NCBI GenBank assembly: GCA_964642235.1
Contig: CAZXOP010000001.1
Location: 17,497 to 81,496 of the forward strand
Reading direction: 5' to 3'
DNA from: an uncultured Muribaculaceae bacterium
GTDB taxonomy: Bacteria; Bacteroidota; Bacteroidia; Bacteroidales; UBA932
DNA length: 64,000 nucleotides
The notes below the pieces were generated by a model. The model saw nothing but the letters and a program-made list of their open reading frames with translations. It had not been told where the DNA came from and ran no database searches. The translations under genes were made by a program, and so were the position numbers. Positions 1-9,865 of the stretch are shown piece by piece (within the stretch, counting starts at the first letter, position 1; each line of letters opens with the position of its first letter).

Positions 1-92
1 TGTCTTTTACTCAGTTCATTGAATAGGGAAGCATTGAACTGTGAAATCCCACCTCTATAGGGATAGAAACAAGATAAAATCGCTATTCTCAA
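1..92 (-). CDS. possible 5' end of a glycosyltransferase-like gene (partial, runs off window start)
   Basis: Minus-strand reading from TTG at 92..90 gives (M)RIAILSCFYPYRGGISQFNASLFNELSKR, which resembles N-termini of GT4-type glycosyltransferases. Only about 30 codons are visible and the start is non-ATG. Confidence 0.3.
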   Translation of the reverse strand, partial: MRIAILSCFYPYRGGISQFNASLFNELSKR

Positions 93-97
93 TTTAT

Positions 98-715
98 TTA
101 TTTCTTACTGTTTCTTGTCTTAATATAATTTTCATTCAGACCTTTAAGGACATCTTGTGTAATATCCAAAGAGCTGTTGCCATTAATAACCACATTCGTG
201 GTGGCAGAGGAGGTTAGAATTAGAGCATACTGATGTTCAGCGTTGTAGGTGGCAATATAAGTTTTGATGGCATCCATCACTTTATTAACTAAAACGGCTT
301 CTTCTTCAGACATCTCCATCTGTTTTTCCTGAGAGAATTTTTGAAGCTGCTGTTGACGGCCAACAAGGGAGTTTTGCATACTCTCAGCCTGAGATCTTGT
401 CAATAGCCCTTTATTCATTTTATCTTCAAAATCCTTTGCATCATTTTCAAAAGCTCTACTTTTTTTGTTTAAGTCTGCCTGGATGGCAGTAAATTTCCCT
501 TCGAGTTCTGACCTAAGGTCGTTGAACATGTCATACTGATGAATCAGGGTGTCAATTTGAATATAGACAATATCCCCTTTTTGGGCTACTTCCCCTGCAA
601 ATTCAGAGTTGGTTTCCCTTGCTTTTGAGGATGATTTACCTGTGAAAAATAAGATAAAAAGAGCTACAACAGCGACTGCAAGAACGATGTTGGATATAAG
701 TGAAAATTTTTTCAT
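98..715 (-). CDS. OmpH/Skp-family periplasmic chaperone
   Basis: 205-aa ORF with an N-terminal hydrophobic signal/anchor followed by a K/E/Q-rich coiled-coil body typical of OmpH/Skp. Two further OmpH paralogs lie downstream of bamA in this window. Confidence 0.8.
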   Translation of the reverse strand: MKKFSLISNIVLAVAVVALFILFFTGKSSSKARETNSEFAGEVAQKGDIVYIQIDTLIHQYDMFNDLRSELEGKFTAIQADLNKKSRAFENDAKDFEDKMNKGLLTRSQAESMQNSLVGRQQQLQKFSQEKQMEMSEEEAVLVNKVMDAIKTYIATYNAEHQYALILTSSATTNVVINGNSSLDITQDVLKGLNENYIKTRNSKK

Positions 716-749
716 TACTGAATGATTAATTAATAATTAAATAAGTGTG

Positions 750-757
750 CAAATATA
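750..757 (-). promoter_or_regulatory. candidate Bacteroidetes -7 promoter box (TATATTTG on minus strand) for the OmpH-like gene
   Basis: Plus-strand caaatata is the reverse complement of TAnnTTTG. It lies about 35 nt upstream of the start codon at 715. Confidence 0.4.
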
Positions 758-758
758 G

Positions 759-1478
759 TTAAAAATTGTTTAGTTCACGTAGGTACAGACGAATTGTATT
801 TTCTAAACCGAGATATAATGAGTCGCAAACCAATGCGTGTCCTATCGAGACTTCGAGCAAATTTGGTACCATATCTTTAAAGTATTTCAGATTATCTAAA
901 TTCAAGTCGTGTCCTGCGTTAAGTTCAAGCCCGACCCTCTGAGCCTCCTCTGCTGCATTTAGATAAGGCTCTATTGCTTTCTCCCTGTTTATATGATATT
1001 CTGAGGCGTATGCCTCGGTATATAACTCCACCCTGTCACACCCTATATCCCCGGCATGTTTAATCATCTCTTTATTGGGGTCGATAAAGATAGAAGTTCT
1101 TATTCCGTGCTCTTTGAAAATCTTACAGGTATCAATAAGGAATTTTTTATTGGTCTTGGTGTCCCACCCTGCATTTGAAGTTACCACATCGTGTGCATCA
1201 GGGACGAGAGTTACTTGTGCCGGAAGAGTTTTAAGAACAAGCTCTATAAATGAAGGTATGGGGTTTCCTTCGATATTAAATTCGGTAGTTAAAATGGGTT
1301 TTAACAGAGTAACATCCGAGTATCTAATGTGTCTTTCATCAGGTCTTGGATGAACTGTAATACCTTGAGCTCCAAACCTCTCACAGTCAAGAGCAGCTTT
1401 TAATACATCTGGTAGATTTCCACCTCGCGAATTTCTGAGGGTGGCAAACTTATTTATATTGACGCTTAATCTGGTCAT
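759..1478 (-). CDS. pdxJ: pyridoxine 5'-phosphate synthase
   Basis: 239-aa ORF. The N-terminus [20 protein letters not shown] and the HPRPDERHI motif are characteristic of PdxJ TIM-barrel enzymes. Confidence 0.92.
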   Translation of the reverse strand: MTRLSVNINKFATLRNSRGGNLPDVLKAALDCERFGAQGITVHPRPDERHIRYSDVTLLKPILTTEFNIEGNPIPSFIELVLKTLPAQVTLVPDAHDVVTSNAGWDTKTNKKFLIDTCKIFKEHGIRTSIFIDPNKEMIKHAGDIGCDRVELYTEAYASEYHINREKAIEPYLNAAEEAQRVGLELNAGHDLNLDNLKYFKDMVPNLLEVSIGHALVCDSLYLGLENTIRLYLRELNNF

Positions 1479-1496
1479 TGTTGTTTATTTTTTTTA

Positions 1497-1504
1497 CAAA
1501 AGTA
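1497..1504 (-). promoter_or_regulatory. candidate -7 promoter box (TACTTTTG on minus strand) for pdxJ
   Basis: Plus-strand caaaagta is the reverse complement of TAnnTTTG, about 20 nt upstream of the pdxJ ATG at 1478. Confidence 0.35.
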
Positions 1505-1544
1505 TAAATTATAAAAGAAATTTAGCTCATCTTTGTATTTAATT

Positions 1545-2429
1545 ATGTACATAGCTTTATTTGGAGGAGAGATAGACATAAAGTCTATTGATAAATTATT
1601 ACTACTGCTTGAAACCCTTTCATCAAAGGGTGGAAAGTTTTGTTATTATGCCCCTTTCTTAGCTTTTTTGAAGAAAAATGGGATTGCTGTCCCTTCAGGA
1701 GATCTTTTTGACTCGCGTGAGAATCTTCCTATGGGGGTAGAGATGCTTCTCTCTCTAGGTGGCGATGGTACATTCCTTAATTCTATCTCTTGTATTCGTG
1801 ATACGGGTATTCCTGTTGCCGGAATTAATTTTGGAAGACTTGGTTTCCTTACTTCTGCGCGTGTCTCTGAAAATGAAAATCAATGGATGAGTTCATTGAT
1901 AGAGAGGGACTATATACTTTCCCCCCGCTCCTTATTAAAACTCTCTATAGAAGGTCTCACTGATAAATTTTACCCTTACGCACTTAATGAGATCTCGGTT
2001 CAGAGAACCTCACCTTATATGTTGGGGGTGGAGATTAAAATAAATGGAGGGGTTATCCCCACTTTTTGGGCTGATGGTTTTCTTGTTTCGACCCCGACCG
2101 GATCTACCGCTTACTCTTTGAGTGTGGGTGGTCCTATAGTAGCTCCAGGGTCGAATGTTTTTATTATCGCCCCTATTGCTCCTCATAATTTGAATATTAG
2201 ACCCATAGTTATTTCGGATGATAGTCATATAGAAATTAACCTTATATCTAAATCTTCAAATGTCGTACTTTCAGTTGATAACCGTTCAGTGATGATAGAT
2301 TCATCAGAGAAGATGATGCTCTCCAAAGGGGATTACTCTGTGAATTGTATTCAGTTTTCGGACTTTGGCTTCTTTGCGGCTTTGAACGAAAAACTATTAT
2401 GGGGTGAAGATAAAAGAAACAATGCTTAG
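1545..2429 (+). CDS. nadK: NAD+ kinase
   Basis: GGDGTFL and TPTGSTAYSLSVGGPIV motifs of the NAD kinase family. The ORF track opens at TTG 1533, but the first ATG (1545, MYIALFGG) is the more plausible start. Confidence 0.9.
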   Translation: MYIALFGGEIDIKSIDKLLLLLETLSSKGGKFCYYAPFLAFLKKNGIAVPSGDLFDSRENLPMGVEMLLSLGGDGTFLNSISCIRDTGIPVAGINFGRLGFLTSARVSENENQWMSSLIERDYILSPRSLLKLSIEGLTDKFYPYALNEISVQRTSPYMLGVEIKINGGVIPTFWADGFLVSTPTGSTAYSLSVGGPIVAPGSNVFIIAPIAPHNLNIRPIVISDDSHIEINLISKSSNVVLSVDNRSVMIDSSEKMMLSKGDYSVNCIQFSDFGFFAALNEKLLWGEDKRNNA

Positions 2430-2432
2430 TAT

Positions 2433-3164
2433 ATGGAAGAATTAAAGATACCTACACATGTTACCATTATAATGGATGGAAATGGAAGATGGGCTCGTCA
2501 GAGGGGATTAGATAGGATAGAGGGACATAATATAGGGACTGAATCTGTTCGAGCCTGCTCTGAGTTTGCTGTTGAACATAAAATTAAATACCTCTCCCTC
2601 TTTGCCTTTTCTGAAGAGAACTGGAATCGCCCTAAGGAGGAGGTCTCTGCGCTTATGTCCTTGATGGTTAGATCTATTATAGATGAAAAGCCTACTTTTA
2701 GGAAGAACAATATTAAATTCTTAGTTATCGGAGACAGAAGCCGACTTTCAGAAGAGTTGTTAAATGAAGTTGATATTGCAATAGAGGAGACCAAAGAGAA
2801 TAACGGACTCTCTCTAATAGTCTTTTTAAGCTATAGTGGTAAGTGGGACATACTTCAAGCCGTTGAGAGATACACTCAAGAGAGAGTTAAGTCTGCTATT
2901 AAAGGGGAGGAGTTCCCACCCCTTACAATACCTCTATTTGAGCAATATCTTGCCACCTACGGCATTCCTGACCCCGATTTGTTAATTAGAACAAGTGGAG
3001 AGCAGAGAATCAGCAATTTTATGCTTTGGCAGACAGCTTATACTGAATTTTACTTTACCGATATCCTTTGGCCCGATTTTCGCAAAAATGACTTTCGTGC
3101 CGCTCTCGAGAGTTACAGTTCTCGCCAGAGACGATATGGAAAGACAAGTGACCAAATAATTTAG
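2433..3164 (+). CDS. uppS: undecaprenyl-diphosphate synthase (cis-prenyltransferase)
   Basis: HVTIIMDGNGRWA and IRTSGEQRISNFMLWQ signatures. It sits in the conserved position directly upstream of bamA. Confidence 0.93.
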   Translation: MEELKIPTHVTIIMDGNGRWARQRGLDRIEGHNIGTESVRACSEFAVEHKIKYLSLFAFSEENWNRPKEEVSALMSLMVRSIIDEKPTFRKNNIKFLVIGDRSRLSEELLNEVDIAIEETKENNGLSLIVFLSYSGKWDILQAVERYTQERVKSAIKGEEFPPLTIPLFEQYLATYGIPDPDLLIRTSGEQRISNFMLWQTAYTEFYFTDILWPDFRKNDFRAALESYSSRQRRYGKTSDQII

Positions 3165-3177
3165 AATCATTGTCCGA

Positions 3178-5703
3178 ATGAATATTAGAACGATATTACT
3201 TATTGCACTTCTACTTTTTCCTGTAATCTTAAAAGGACAGGAGACTAAAAAAGAGAGAGATAATGGAATAATTGTCGATTACGACAAACCTAAACAATAT
3301 ATTGTAGGGGGGTTGGAAGTAACCGGAATTAAGTATTTAGGGAAACAACAAGTTATTGCTTTGACCGGTATTCAAGAGGGGCAGACCATAACTATCCCGA
3401 GTGAGGAGATTTCGGATATTTTAAAGAGAATCTATCTTCAAAGATTTACTTCGAGTGTTGCCCTCTATATAGATTCACTATCAGCGGAAAAAGATACAGC
3501 TTTCCTAAGACTTGATCTTCAGGAGAGACCGAGAGTATCGCGCTGGAGTTTTAGAGGCATTAAAAATTCGGAGCAGACTGACTTAATGGAGAGGATGAGT
3601 CTTAAACGAGGGAGTGAACTTTCGGAGTATGTAATAAGGTCTTCCACAGGGATTATTAAAAATTATTTCAAAGAGAAGGGTTTTATAAATGCTAAGGTAA
3701 ATGTTATTCAGGAGAATGACACCCTTATTAAAAATGCCGTAAGGGTAACTTTTGATATCGATAAAGGGAAAAAAGTTAAAATTAAAAAGATAACCTTTGA
3801 AGGGAATAATAATGTCTCGGAGGGGAAACTTGCCCGTTCTATGGACAAGACCAGAGATATGCGTCTGACCAACTTCTTTAAGTCTAAAAAATTCAATGAT
3901 AAAGAGTACGAAAAAGACAAGAAGTCTCTTATAAGTGCTTTTAATGAAGCTGGTTACAGAGATGCCAAAATAGTCCGCGACTCCATTTATTATATTGAAG
4001 ATGGAAGGCTCGGTATTAAATTCGAATTAGATGAGGGGGAAAAATATCATTTCAGAAATATAAAATGGACAGGTAATTCCCTCTATACTGAAGAGGAGTT
4101 AAACTTAGTCTTGAAAATCTCCAAAGGTGATGTTTATGATGTGGTAACAATGGAGAAGAGGCTCTACGGTGATGGGAAAAAGACTCAGATGGATGTGGCC
4201 TCGTTATATAGAGACAGAGGGTACCTCTTTTTTAATGTTATCCCTGTTGAGGTCAATATAGATAAAGACTCTGTGGATATCGAAATGAGAATGGTCGAGG
4301 GGAAACCGGCCGTCTTTAACAATATTATAATAAATGGTAACACTATTACTAATGAGAGGGTTGTTCGGAGACAAGTCTTTACAAAGCCCGGTTATCTATA
4401 TAGTCAGTCAGTATTAGAGAGGTCTATCAGAGAAATCTCTTCTATGGGACATTTCGATCCTGAGTATGCGACAGATGCTGCACGTGGCTTCTCTATCATA
4501 CCAAACCAGTTAAATAACACAGTAGATGTTACTTATAATGTTCAAGAAAAACCTAATAGTCAACTTGAACTCTCCGGAGGATGGGGTGGTTATTCATTTG
4601 TGGGGACAGTAGGGGTTAGTTTTAATAACTTCTCTGCGAGAAAACTCTTTGACAAGGGGGCATGGAGACCAGTTCCACTTGGAGATGCACAGTCTCTATC
4701 TATTAGATTCCAAACGAATGGTTCTTATTATACTGCATTCTCTGCAAGTTTTATGGAGCCGTGGCTCTTTGGAAAAAAACCCACATCTCTTAATCTTTCC
4801 GCTTATTATACTAAACAGACAAACTCCTACTACTACTATCTAAATGCAAATCAGTATATGGAAGTTTACGGTTTAGCTGCCTCTCTCGGTAGTAGATTAA
4901 AATGGCCCGATAACTATTTCGTGCTTTATCATGAACTTAGTTGGCAGACATATAATTTAAAGGATTGGCAGTATAACTTTATCTTCTCTAATGGTAAATC
5001 CAATAATATAAGTTATAAGGTCACACTTAATAGAAATTCTACAGACCAGGCTATCTATCCCAGAGAAGGCTCTGACTTTACTCTCTCACTACAGTTAACT
5101 CCACCATACTCTGCATTCAGACCTGACGATACTGATTACAAGAATATGACAGACCAAAAGAAGTATAAATGGATTGAGTATCATAAATGGTCATTTAAAG
5201 GAGCCTTATACACTAAATTAGTAGGTGATTTAGTCTTAATGACTCGTGCACAGTTCGGTTATTTAGGTTATTATAATAGGAAATTAGGTTATTCACCTTT
5301 TGAAGGGTATCAGGTCGGAGGAGACGGTATGTCGGGTTATAACACTTATGGAGCTGAGATTATCTCTCAAAGGGGGTATGAAAATTACTCTTTGACCCCT
5401 ATTATTAATGGGGCTTATGCGGGGCATGTTTATGATAAGTTCACAGTCGAATTACGTTACCCTATCGTTCTTCAGCCACAGTCCACCATTTTCGCGCTTC
5501 TCTTCTTAGAGGGGGGTAATGCATGGTCAGATATAAGAGATTTTAATCCTTTCCAGATAAAACGTGCAGCCGGTGTGGGGGTTCGTGTAATGCTTCCTAT
5601 GGTTGGTCTGCTAGGTATAGACTGGGCGTGGGGATTTGACCCTGTGGGCACTAAAACAAGAGGTGGTTCTAACTTCCACTTCATTATGGGACAACAATTC
5701 TAA
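3178..5703 (+). CDS. bamA: outer membrane protein assembly factor BamA (Omp85 family)
   Basis: 841 aa with a signal peptide, repeated POTRA-like N-terminal modules, and an aromatic-rich beta-barrel C-terminus ending in F. The uppS-bamA-ompH-ompH synteny is typical of Bacteroidetes. Confidence 0.9.
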   Translation: MNIRTILLIALLLFPVILKGQETKKERDNGIIVDYDKPKQYIVGGLEVTGIKYLGKQQVIALTGIQEGQTITIPSEEISDILKRIYLQRFTSSVALYIDSLSAEKDTAFLRLDLQERPRVSRWSFRGIKNSEQTDLMERMSLKRGSELSEYVIRSSTGIIKNYFKEKGFINAKVNVIQENDTLIKNAVRVTFDIDKGKKVKIKKITFEGNNNVSEGKLARSMDKTRDMRLTNFFKSKKFNDKEYEKDKKSLISAFNEAGYRDAKIVRDSIYYIEDGRLGIKFELDEGEKYHFRNIKWTGNSLYTEEELNLVLKISKGDVYDVVTMEKRLYGDGKKTQMDVASLYRDRGYLFFNVIPVEVNIDKDSVDIEMRMVEGKPAVFNNIIINGNTITNERVVRRQVFTKPGYLYSQSVLERSIREISSMGHFDPEYATDAARGFSIIPNQLNNTVDVTYNVQEKPNSQLELSGGWGGYSFVGTVGVSFNNFSARKLFDKGAWRPVPLGDAQSLSIRFQTNGSYYTAFSASFMEPWLFGKKPTSLNLSAYYTKQTNSYYYYLNANQYMEVYGLAASLGSRLKWPDNYFVLYHELSWQTYNLKDWQYNFIFSNGKSNNISYKVTLNRNSTDQAIYPREGSDFTLSLQLTPPYSAFRPDDTDYKNMTDQKKYKWIEYHKWSFKGALYTKLVGDLVLMTRAQFGYLGYYNRKLGYSPFEGYQVGGDGMSGYNTYGAEIISQRGYENYSLTPIINGAYAGHVYDKFTVELRYPIVLQPQSTIFALLFLEGGNAWSDIRDFNPFQIKRAAGVGVRVMLPMVGLLGIDWAWGFDPVGTKTRGGSNFHFIMGQQF

Positions 5704-5714
5704 AAAATAATATT

Positions 5715-6218
5715 ATGAAGAGGACATTTTTATTACTTATTGGATTATTTTTATCTTTGCCTTTTGTTAGCGCTCAGAAGGTTGGATATGTTAACACCGA
5801 AACTATATTAAATCAAATCCCTCAATATGTTGCAGTCCAGAAGAACCTTGAGGAGTTAGGAAAAAAATATATGACTCTCATTGAAAGTGAGTCAGGTAAA
5901 GTAGATGTTGCATATAAAAGTTATCAGGCAGACAGGCCTAAACTTACCGAGCGTGAAAAACAGATGAGGGAGAGTGAAATAATCGAGTTGGAGAGGGGAG
6001 TTAAGGAGAAACAGAAAGTATATTTTGGGGAGGATGGAGTTATGTCCAAAAAATCATCAGAATTGCTCGATCCGATTAAGAAAAAAGTGGAACAGGCCAT
6101 AGAAAAAGTGGCAAAAGCGGGAGGTTATGTTATTATTATAGATTTAGCAGCCATACAAGGGGTTGTCTATAAAGATGCAGCAGCCGACCTTAGTCTTGAA
6201 GTAGTAAAAGAATTATAG
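5715..6218 (+). CDS. OmpH/Skp-family periplasmic chaperone
   Basis: 167 aa with a signal peptide and a coiled-coil K/E-rich body, immediately downstream of bamA. Confidence 0.85.
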   Translation: MKRTFLLLIGLFLSLPFVSAQKVGYVNTETILNQIPQYVAVQKNLEELGKKYMTLIESESGKVDVAYKSYQADRPKLTEREKQMRESEIIELERGVKEKQKVYFGEDGVMSKKSSELLDPIKKKVEQAIEKVAKAGGYVIIIDLAAIQGVVYKDAAADLSLEVVKEL

Positions 6219-6239
6219 AAAAATTATTAAGCAATATTT

Positions 6240-6797
6240 ATGATGAAAAAAATCGCAACAGTTTTAATCCTGTTTTTTGTCGGAGTGACGACTTCGATTA
6301 ACGCACAAAGTGCACAAGAGTTTAAGTTCGGACATATTAACCTTCAAGAGACTATTTATCTCATGTCTGAGATGGACTCTGCTTCATTAGTGCTTGAAAA
6401 ATATAGTGCTGAATTGCAGGAAACATTTACTTCGATGCAGAATGAGTTTTATACAAAGTACAACACCTATCAGCAGATGAGTGCTAATTGGACACCTGCA
6501 GTTCTCGAAACCAAAGGGAAGGAGTTACAAGAGATGGAGCAGAGGCTTCAAAACTTCCAGCAGTCTGCCCAGCAGGAGCTCCAGGAAAAACAGGCAGAAT
6601 TACTTAAACCCATTTACGTTAAGGCTAATGATGCTTTAAAGAAAGTTGGTAAGGAGAATAAATTCACCTATATTTTTGATATCTCTGCTTCCGGACTCCC
6701 TTATGTAAATGAAAGTGTGAGTGTGGATGTTACCGAGATGGTAAAGAAAGCACTTAATATCCCTCTTGATAAGAAGATTACTAATAAAGGGAAATAA
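6240..6797 (+). CDS. OmpH/Skp-family periplasmic chaperone
   Basis: 185 aa with a signal peptide and a Q/E/K-rich coiled-coil. It is the second OmpH paralog downstream of bamA. Confidence 0.85.
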   Translation: MMKKIATVLILFFVGVTTSINAQSAQEFKFGHINLQETIYLMSEMDSASLVLEKYSAELQETFTSMQNEFYTKYNTYQQMSANWTPAVLETKGKELQEMEQRLQNFQQSAQQELQEKQAELLKPIYVKANDALKKVGKENKFTYIFDISASGLPYVNESVSVDVTEMVKKALNIPLDKKITNKGK

Positions 6798-6847
6798 GGG
6801 ATTTTCACAACAACTATAGTTTTAGAATTAAACTAATATAGTGATTG

Positions 6848-6875
6848 TGGCATCAAATAATAATATTTGATGCCA
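6848..6875 (+). terminator. hairpin downstream of the bamA-ompH operon
   Basis: Perfect 12-bp inverted repeat tggcatcaaata / tatttgatgcca with a 4-nt loop. The following sequence is AT-rich but is not a clean T-tract. Confidence 0.45.
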
Positions 6876-6925
6876 TAATTGTTATAGATTGTTATTATTA
6901 TTTTTTTTCTTCAATAAATAAACAT

Positions 6926-6933
6926 TATATTTG
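6926..6933 (+). promoter_or_regulatory. candidate -7 promoter box TATATTTG for korAB
   Basis: Matches the Bacteroides TAnnTTTG consensus, 22 nt upstream of the korA ATG at 6955. Confidence 0.45.
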
Positions 6934-6954
6934 TACGATTAATTTATTCAAAAA

Positions 6955-8787
6955 ATGCAGCACAAAATTATTGATATTCAAAATGTTGTTATCCGTTTCT
7001 CCGGAGACTCCGGAGATGGAATGCAGTTAACAGGCACATTGTTAGCCGATTCTTCTGCAGTATTTGGAAATGAAATATCCACTTTCCCTGATTATCCCGC
7101 TGAAATTCGTGCTCCCCAAGGGACAGTTTCAGGGGTATCCGGCTATCAAGTGCATATTGGAAGCGTGGAGGTCAATACTCCCGGGGACTTTTGTGATGTT
7201 TTGGTAGCAATGAACCCGGCAGCTTTAAAAGCAAATGCCAAATGGACGAAGAGTACAGCCACTATTATTTTAGATGAAGATGCTTTTGATGAAAAAGGGA
7301 TTCAGAGAGCAGGTTTTAAGACTAATGATCCTATTACGGAACTTAAGATAGAGGATAGAAATATTATTTTCTCCCCTATTACCACCCTTACAAAAGAGAG
7401 TTTGAAAGAGAGTGGTCTCGATCCCAAGTCAATTGATAGAAGTAAAAATATGTTTACTCTTGGGATGTGTTATTATCTCTTTAATCGCTCCTTTGATTAT
7501 ACATTTGATTATCTTGAAGATAAGTTTAAGAAGAAACCTATCCTTATCGATGCTAATAAAAAAGTATTGAAAGATGGGTATAACTATGCAAGTAATATAC
7601 ATGCTATTCCTAATACATACACCATTCAGCCTGCAAAACAGGAGAAAGGTATGTATCGTAATATAAATGGTAATCAGGCTACGGCTTGGGGACTTTTAGC
7701 AGCTTCAGAAAAGTCCGGACGTCCTCTTTTCTGTGGTTCTTATCCCATTACCCCTGCCACCTCCATATTAGAAGAGTTGGCTCTTCATAAATACCTTGGT
7801 GCTAAAACACTTCAGTGTGAAGATGAAATTGCAGGTATTTGTACAGCAATAGGGGCAGCCTACACCGGCTCATTAGCAGTTACTACTACTTCAGGACCAG
7901 GTCTTTCTCTTAAATCAGAGGCTCTTGGTCTTGCTATGATAACAGAACTTCCGTTAGTGATTGTGGATGTTCAGAGGTCCGGTCCTTCGACAGGGATACC
8001 AACTAAAACAGAGCAGACAGACTTAAATCAGGCCCTTTATGGAAGAAACGGAGAGTGCCCTATTATGGTTATGGCAGCTCACTCCCCATCAGACTGTTTC
8101 GATAAAGCTTTCTATGCTGCTAAATATGCTTTAGAGCACATGATGCCTGTTATACTCCTTACTGAGGGGTTCCTTGGAAACGGATCTGAGCCATGGAAAA
8201 TTCCTTCAATGAGTGATTATCCTGAAATTACACCACGTATTATAACCTCTTGTGAGGGTAAATATAAACCATATATTAGAGACGAGGAGAAACTTGCAAG
8301 AATGTGGGCGTTACCGGGTACTCCCGGTCTTGAACATAGAGTAGGGGGGTTAGAGAAGACTCCGGAAGGGGTAATCTCCTCAGATCCTGTTAATCACGAA
8401 ATGATGGTTAAGGTTAGGGCTGAAAAAGTAGCAAGAGTTGCTAATTATATTCCAGATGTAGAGGTGATTGGTGAGAAGAAGGGGGATGTCTTGATAGTAG
8501 GATGGGGAGGAACATTTGGGCACCTCTATTCTGCCGTTAAAGAGTTTCATGCAGAGGGAAAGAGTGTCTCACTTGCACACTTTGACTATATTAATCCCCT
8601 CCCTAAGAATACAGAAAAGGTCTTCTCAAATTTCAAGAAGATTATAGTTTGTGAACTTAATAGCGGACAGTTTGCTAATTACCTTAGAGCGGAACATCAA
8701 AAGTTCCACTATTATCAGTTTAATAAAGTTCAAGGACAGCCCTTTATTGTTCAGGATATAAAGGATGCGATTAATGCTATATTGTAA
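6955..8787 (+). CDS. korA: 2-oxoglutarate (2-oxoacid):ferredoxin oxidoreductase, alpha subunit
   Basis: 610 aa. The N-terminal SGDSGDGMQLTG region is typical of fused gamma/alpha 2-oxoacid:acceptor oxidoreductases, and the gene is followed by the TPP-binding beta subunit. Confidence 0.88.
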   Translation: MQHKIIDIQNVVIRFSGDSGDGMQLTGTLLADSSAVFGNEISTFPDYPAEIRAPQGTVSGVSGYQVHIGSVEVNTPGDFCDVLVAMNPAALKANAKWTKSTATIILDEDAFDEKGIQRAGFKTNDPITELKIEDRNIIFSPITTLTKESLKESGLDPKSIDRSKNMFTLGMCYYLFNRSFDYTFDYLEDKFKKKPILIDANKKVLKDGYNYASNIHAIPNTYTIQPAKQEKGMYRNINGNQATAWGLLAASEKSGRPLFCGSYPITPATSILEELALHKYLGAKTLQCEDEIAGICTAIGAAYTGSLAVTTTSGPGLSLKSEALGLAMITELPLVIVDVQRSGPSTGIPTKTEQTDLNQALYGRNGECPIMVMAAHSPSDCFDKAFYAAKYALEHMMPVILLTEGFLGNGSEPWKIPSMSDYPEITPRIITSCEGKYKPYIRDEEKLARMWALPGTPGLEHRVGGLEKTPEGVISSDPVNHEMMVKVRAEKVARVANYIPDVEVIGEKKGDVLIVGWGGTFGHLYSAVKEFHAEGKSVSLAHFDYINPLPKNTEKVFSNFKKIIVCELNSGQFANYLRAEHQKFHYYQFNKVQGQPFIVQDIKDAINAIL

Positions 8788-8807
8788 TTTGTAAAATAGA
8801 AATTATT

Positions 8808-9824
8808 ATGAAATATACTCAACAAGATTTCAAAAGTAGTCAGGAGGTAAGATGGTGCCCCGGGTGTGGTGACCACGCAGTATTAGCTTCACTAACTCGA
8901 GCTATGCCTGAGGTGTCGGAAGAATTAGGCTACTCAAAAGAGAGATACGTTCTTGTATCCGGAATAGGTTGCTCCTCACGTGCCCCTTACTATGTTGATA
9001 CTTATGGTTTCCACTCTATTCACGGAAGGGCTACTGCTATCTCTACAGGGATAAAGGTGGCTAATCCTAAACTTAGCGTATGGCAAGCTACCGGTGATGG
9101 GGATGCACTTGCTATCGGAGGGAATCATTTTATCCATGCTATAAGAAGAAATATCGATATTAATATAATGCTCTTTAATAATCAAATCTATGGTTTGACC
9201 AAGGGGCAGTATTCTCCCACCTCCAAACTTGGAATGATTACTAAGACCTCCCCTTATGGGACTGTAGAGCATCCTTTTAATCCGGGGGCTTTGGTTATGG
9301 GGTCGAGAGGAACATTCTTCGCAAGGAGTTTAGATGTAGAGATTAACCTCACTAAAGATATTATGGTCGCAGCAGCTAAGCATGATGGTACCTCTGTAAT
9401 GGAGCTCCTTGTAAACTGTGTTATCTTTAATGATGGAACTCATAAAAATATTACAGATAGGGAGTTTAGAGCAGATAGAACCATTACTCTTCAACATGGT
9501 GAGAGGATGATTTTTGGAAAGGAGAGGAATAAAGGGCTCATTTTAGATGGGATGGTGCTAAAAGCTGTAACTATTGGGGAAAATGGGGTAAAGGAGAGTG
9601 ATATTCTCATTCACGATGCACACTCTCAGAGTGTTGGTATTCATAGTCTCCTAATAGATATGAAATATCCTGAACTCCCTGTGGCATTAGGTGTTATAAG
9701 GGATGTAAAAGATAAAACTTATGACGATAATGTTATGGATCAGATGGAAGAGGTCTATAAAAATTCGACAATTCGCTGTATGGATGACCTCCTTCACAGT
9801 GGTTCAACTTGGGAAGTAAAGTAG
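8808..9824 (+). CDS. korB: 2-oxoglutarate (2-oxoacid):ferredoxin oxidoreductase, beta subunit
   Basis: 338 aa with the RWCPGCGDH motif and a TPP-binding GDGD..GGNH region typical of KorB-type beta subunits. Confidence 0.88.
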   Translation: MKYTQQDFKSSQEVRWCPGCGDHAVLASLTRAMPEVSEELGYSKERYVLVSGIGCSSRAPYYVDTYGFHSIHGRATAISTGIKVANPKLSVWQATGDGDALAIGGNHFIHAIRRNIDINIMLFNNQIYGLTKGQYSPTSKLGMITKTSPYGTVEHPFNPGALVMGSRGTFFARSLDVEINLTKDIMVAAAKHDGTSVMELLVNCVIFNDGTHKNITDREFRADRTITLQHGERMIFGKERNKGLILDGMVLKAVTIGENGVKESDILIHDAHSQSVGIHSLLIDMKYPELPVALGVIRDVKDKTYDDNVMDQMEEVYKNSTIRCMDDLLHSGSTWEVK

Positions 9825-9865
9825 TTCAATTAACACATTAAATAACTAACAAATATTTTTTTATT

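Noticed and set aside
6845-7030. 61-aa ORF overlapping the korA promoter and start
   Set aside because: It spans a terminator hairpin and a promoter-like box and overlaps korA in another frame. The sequence is AT-rich and low-complexity.
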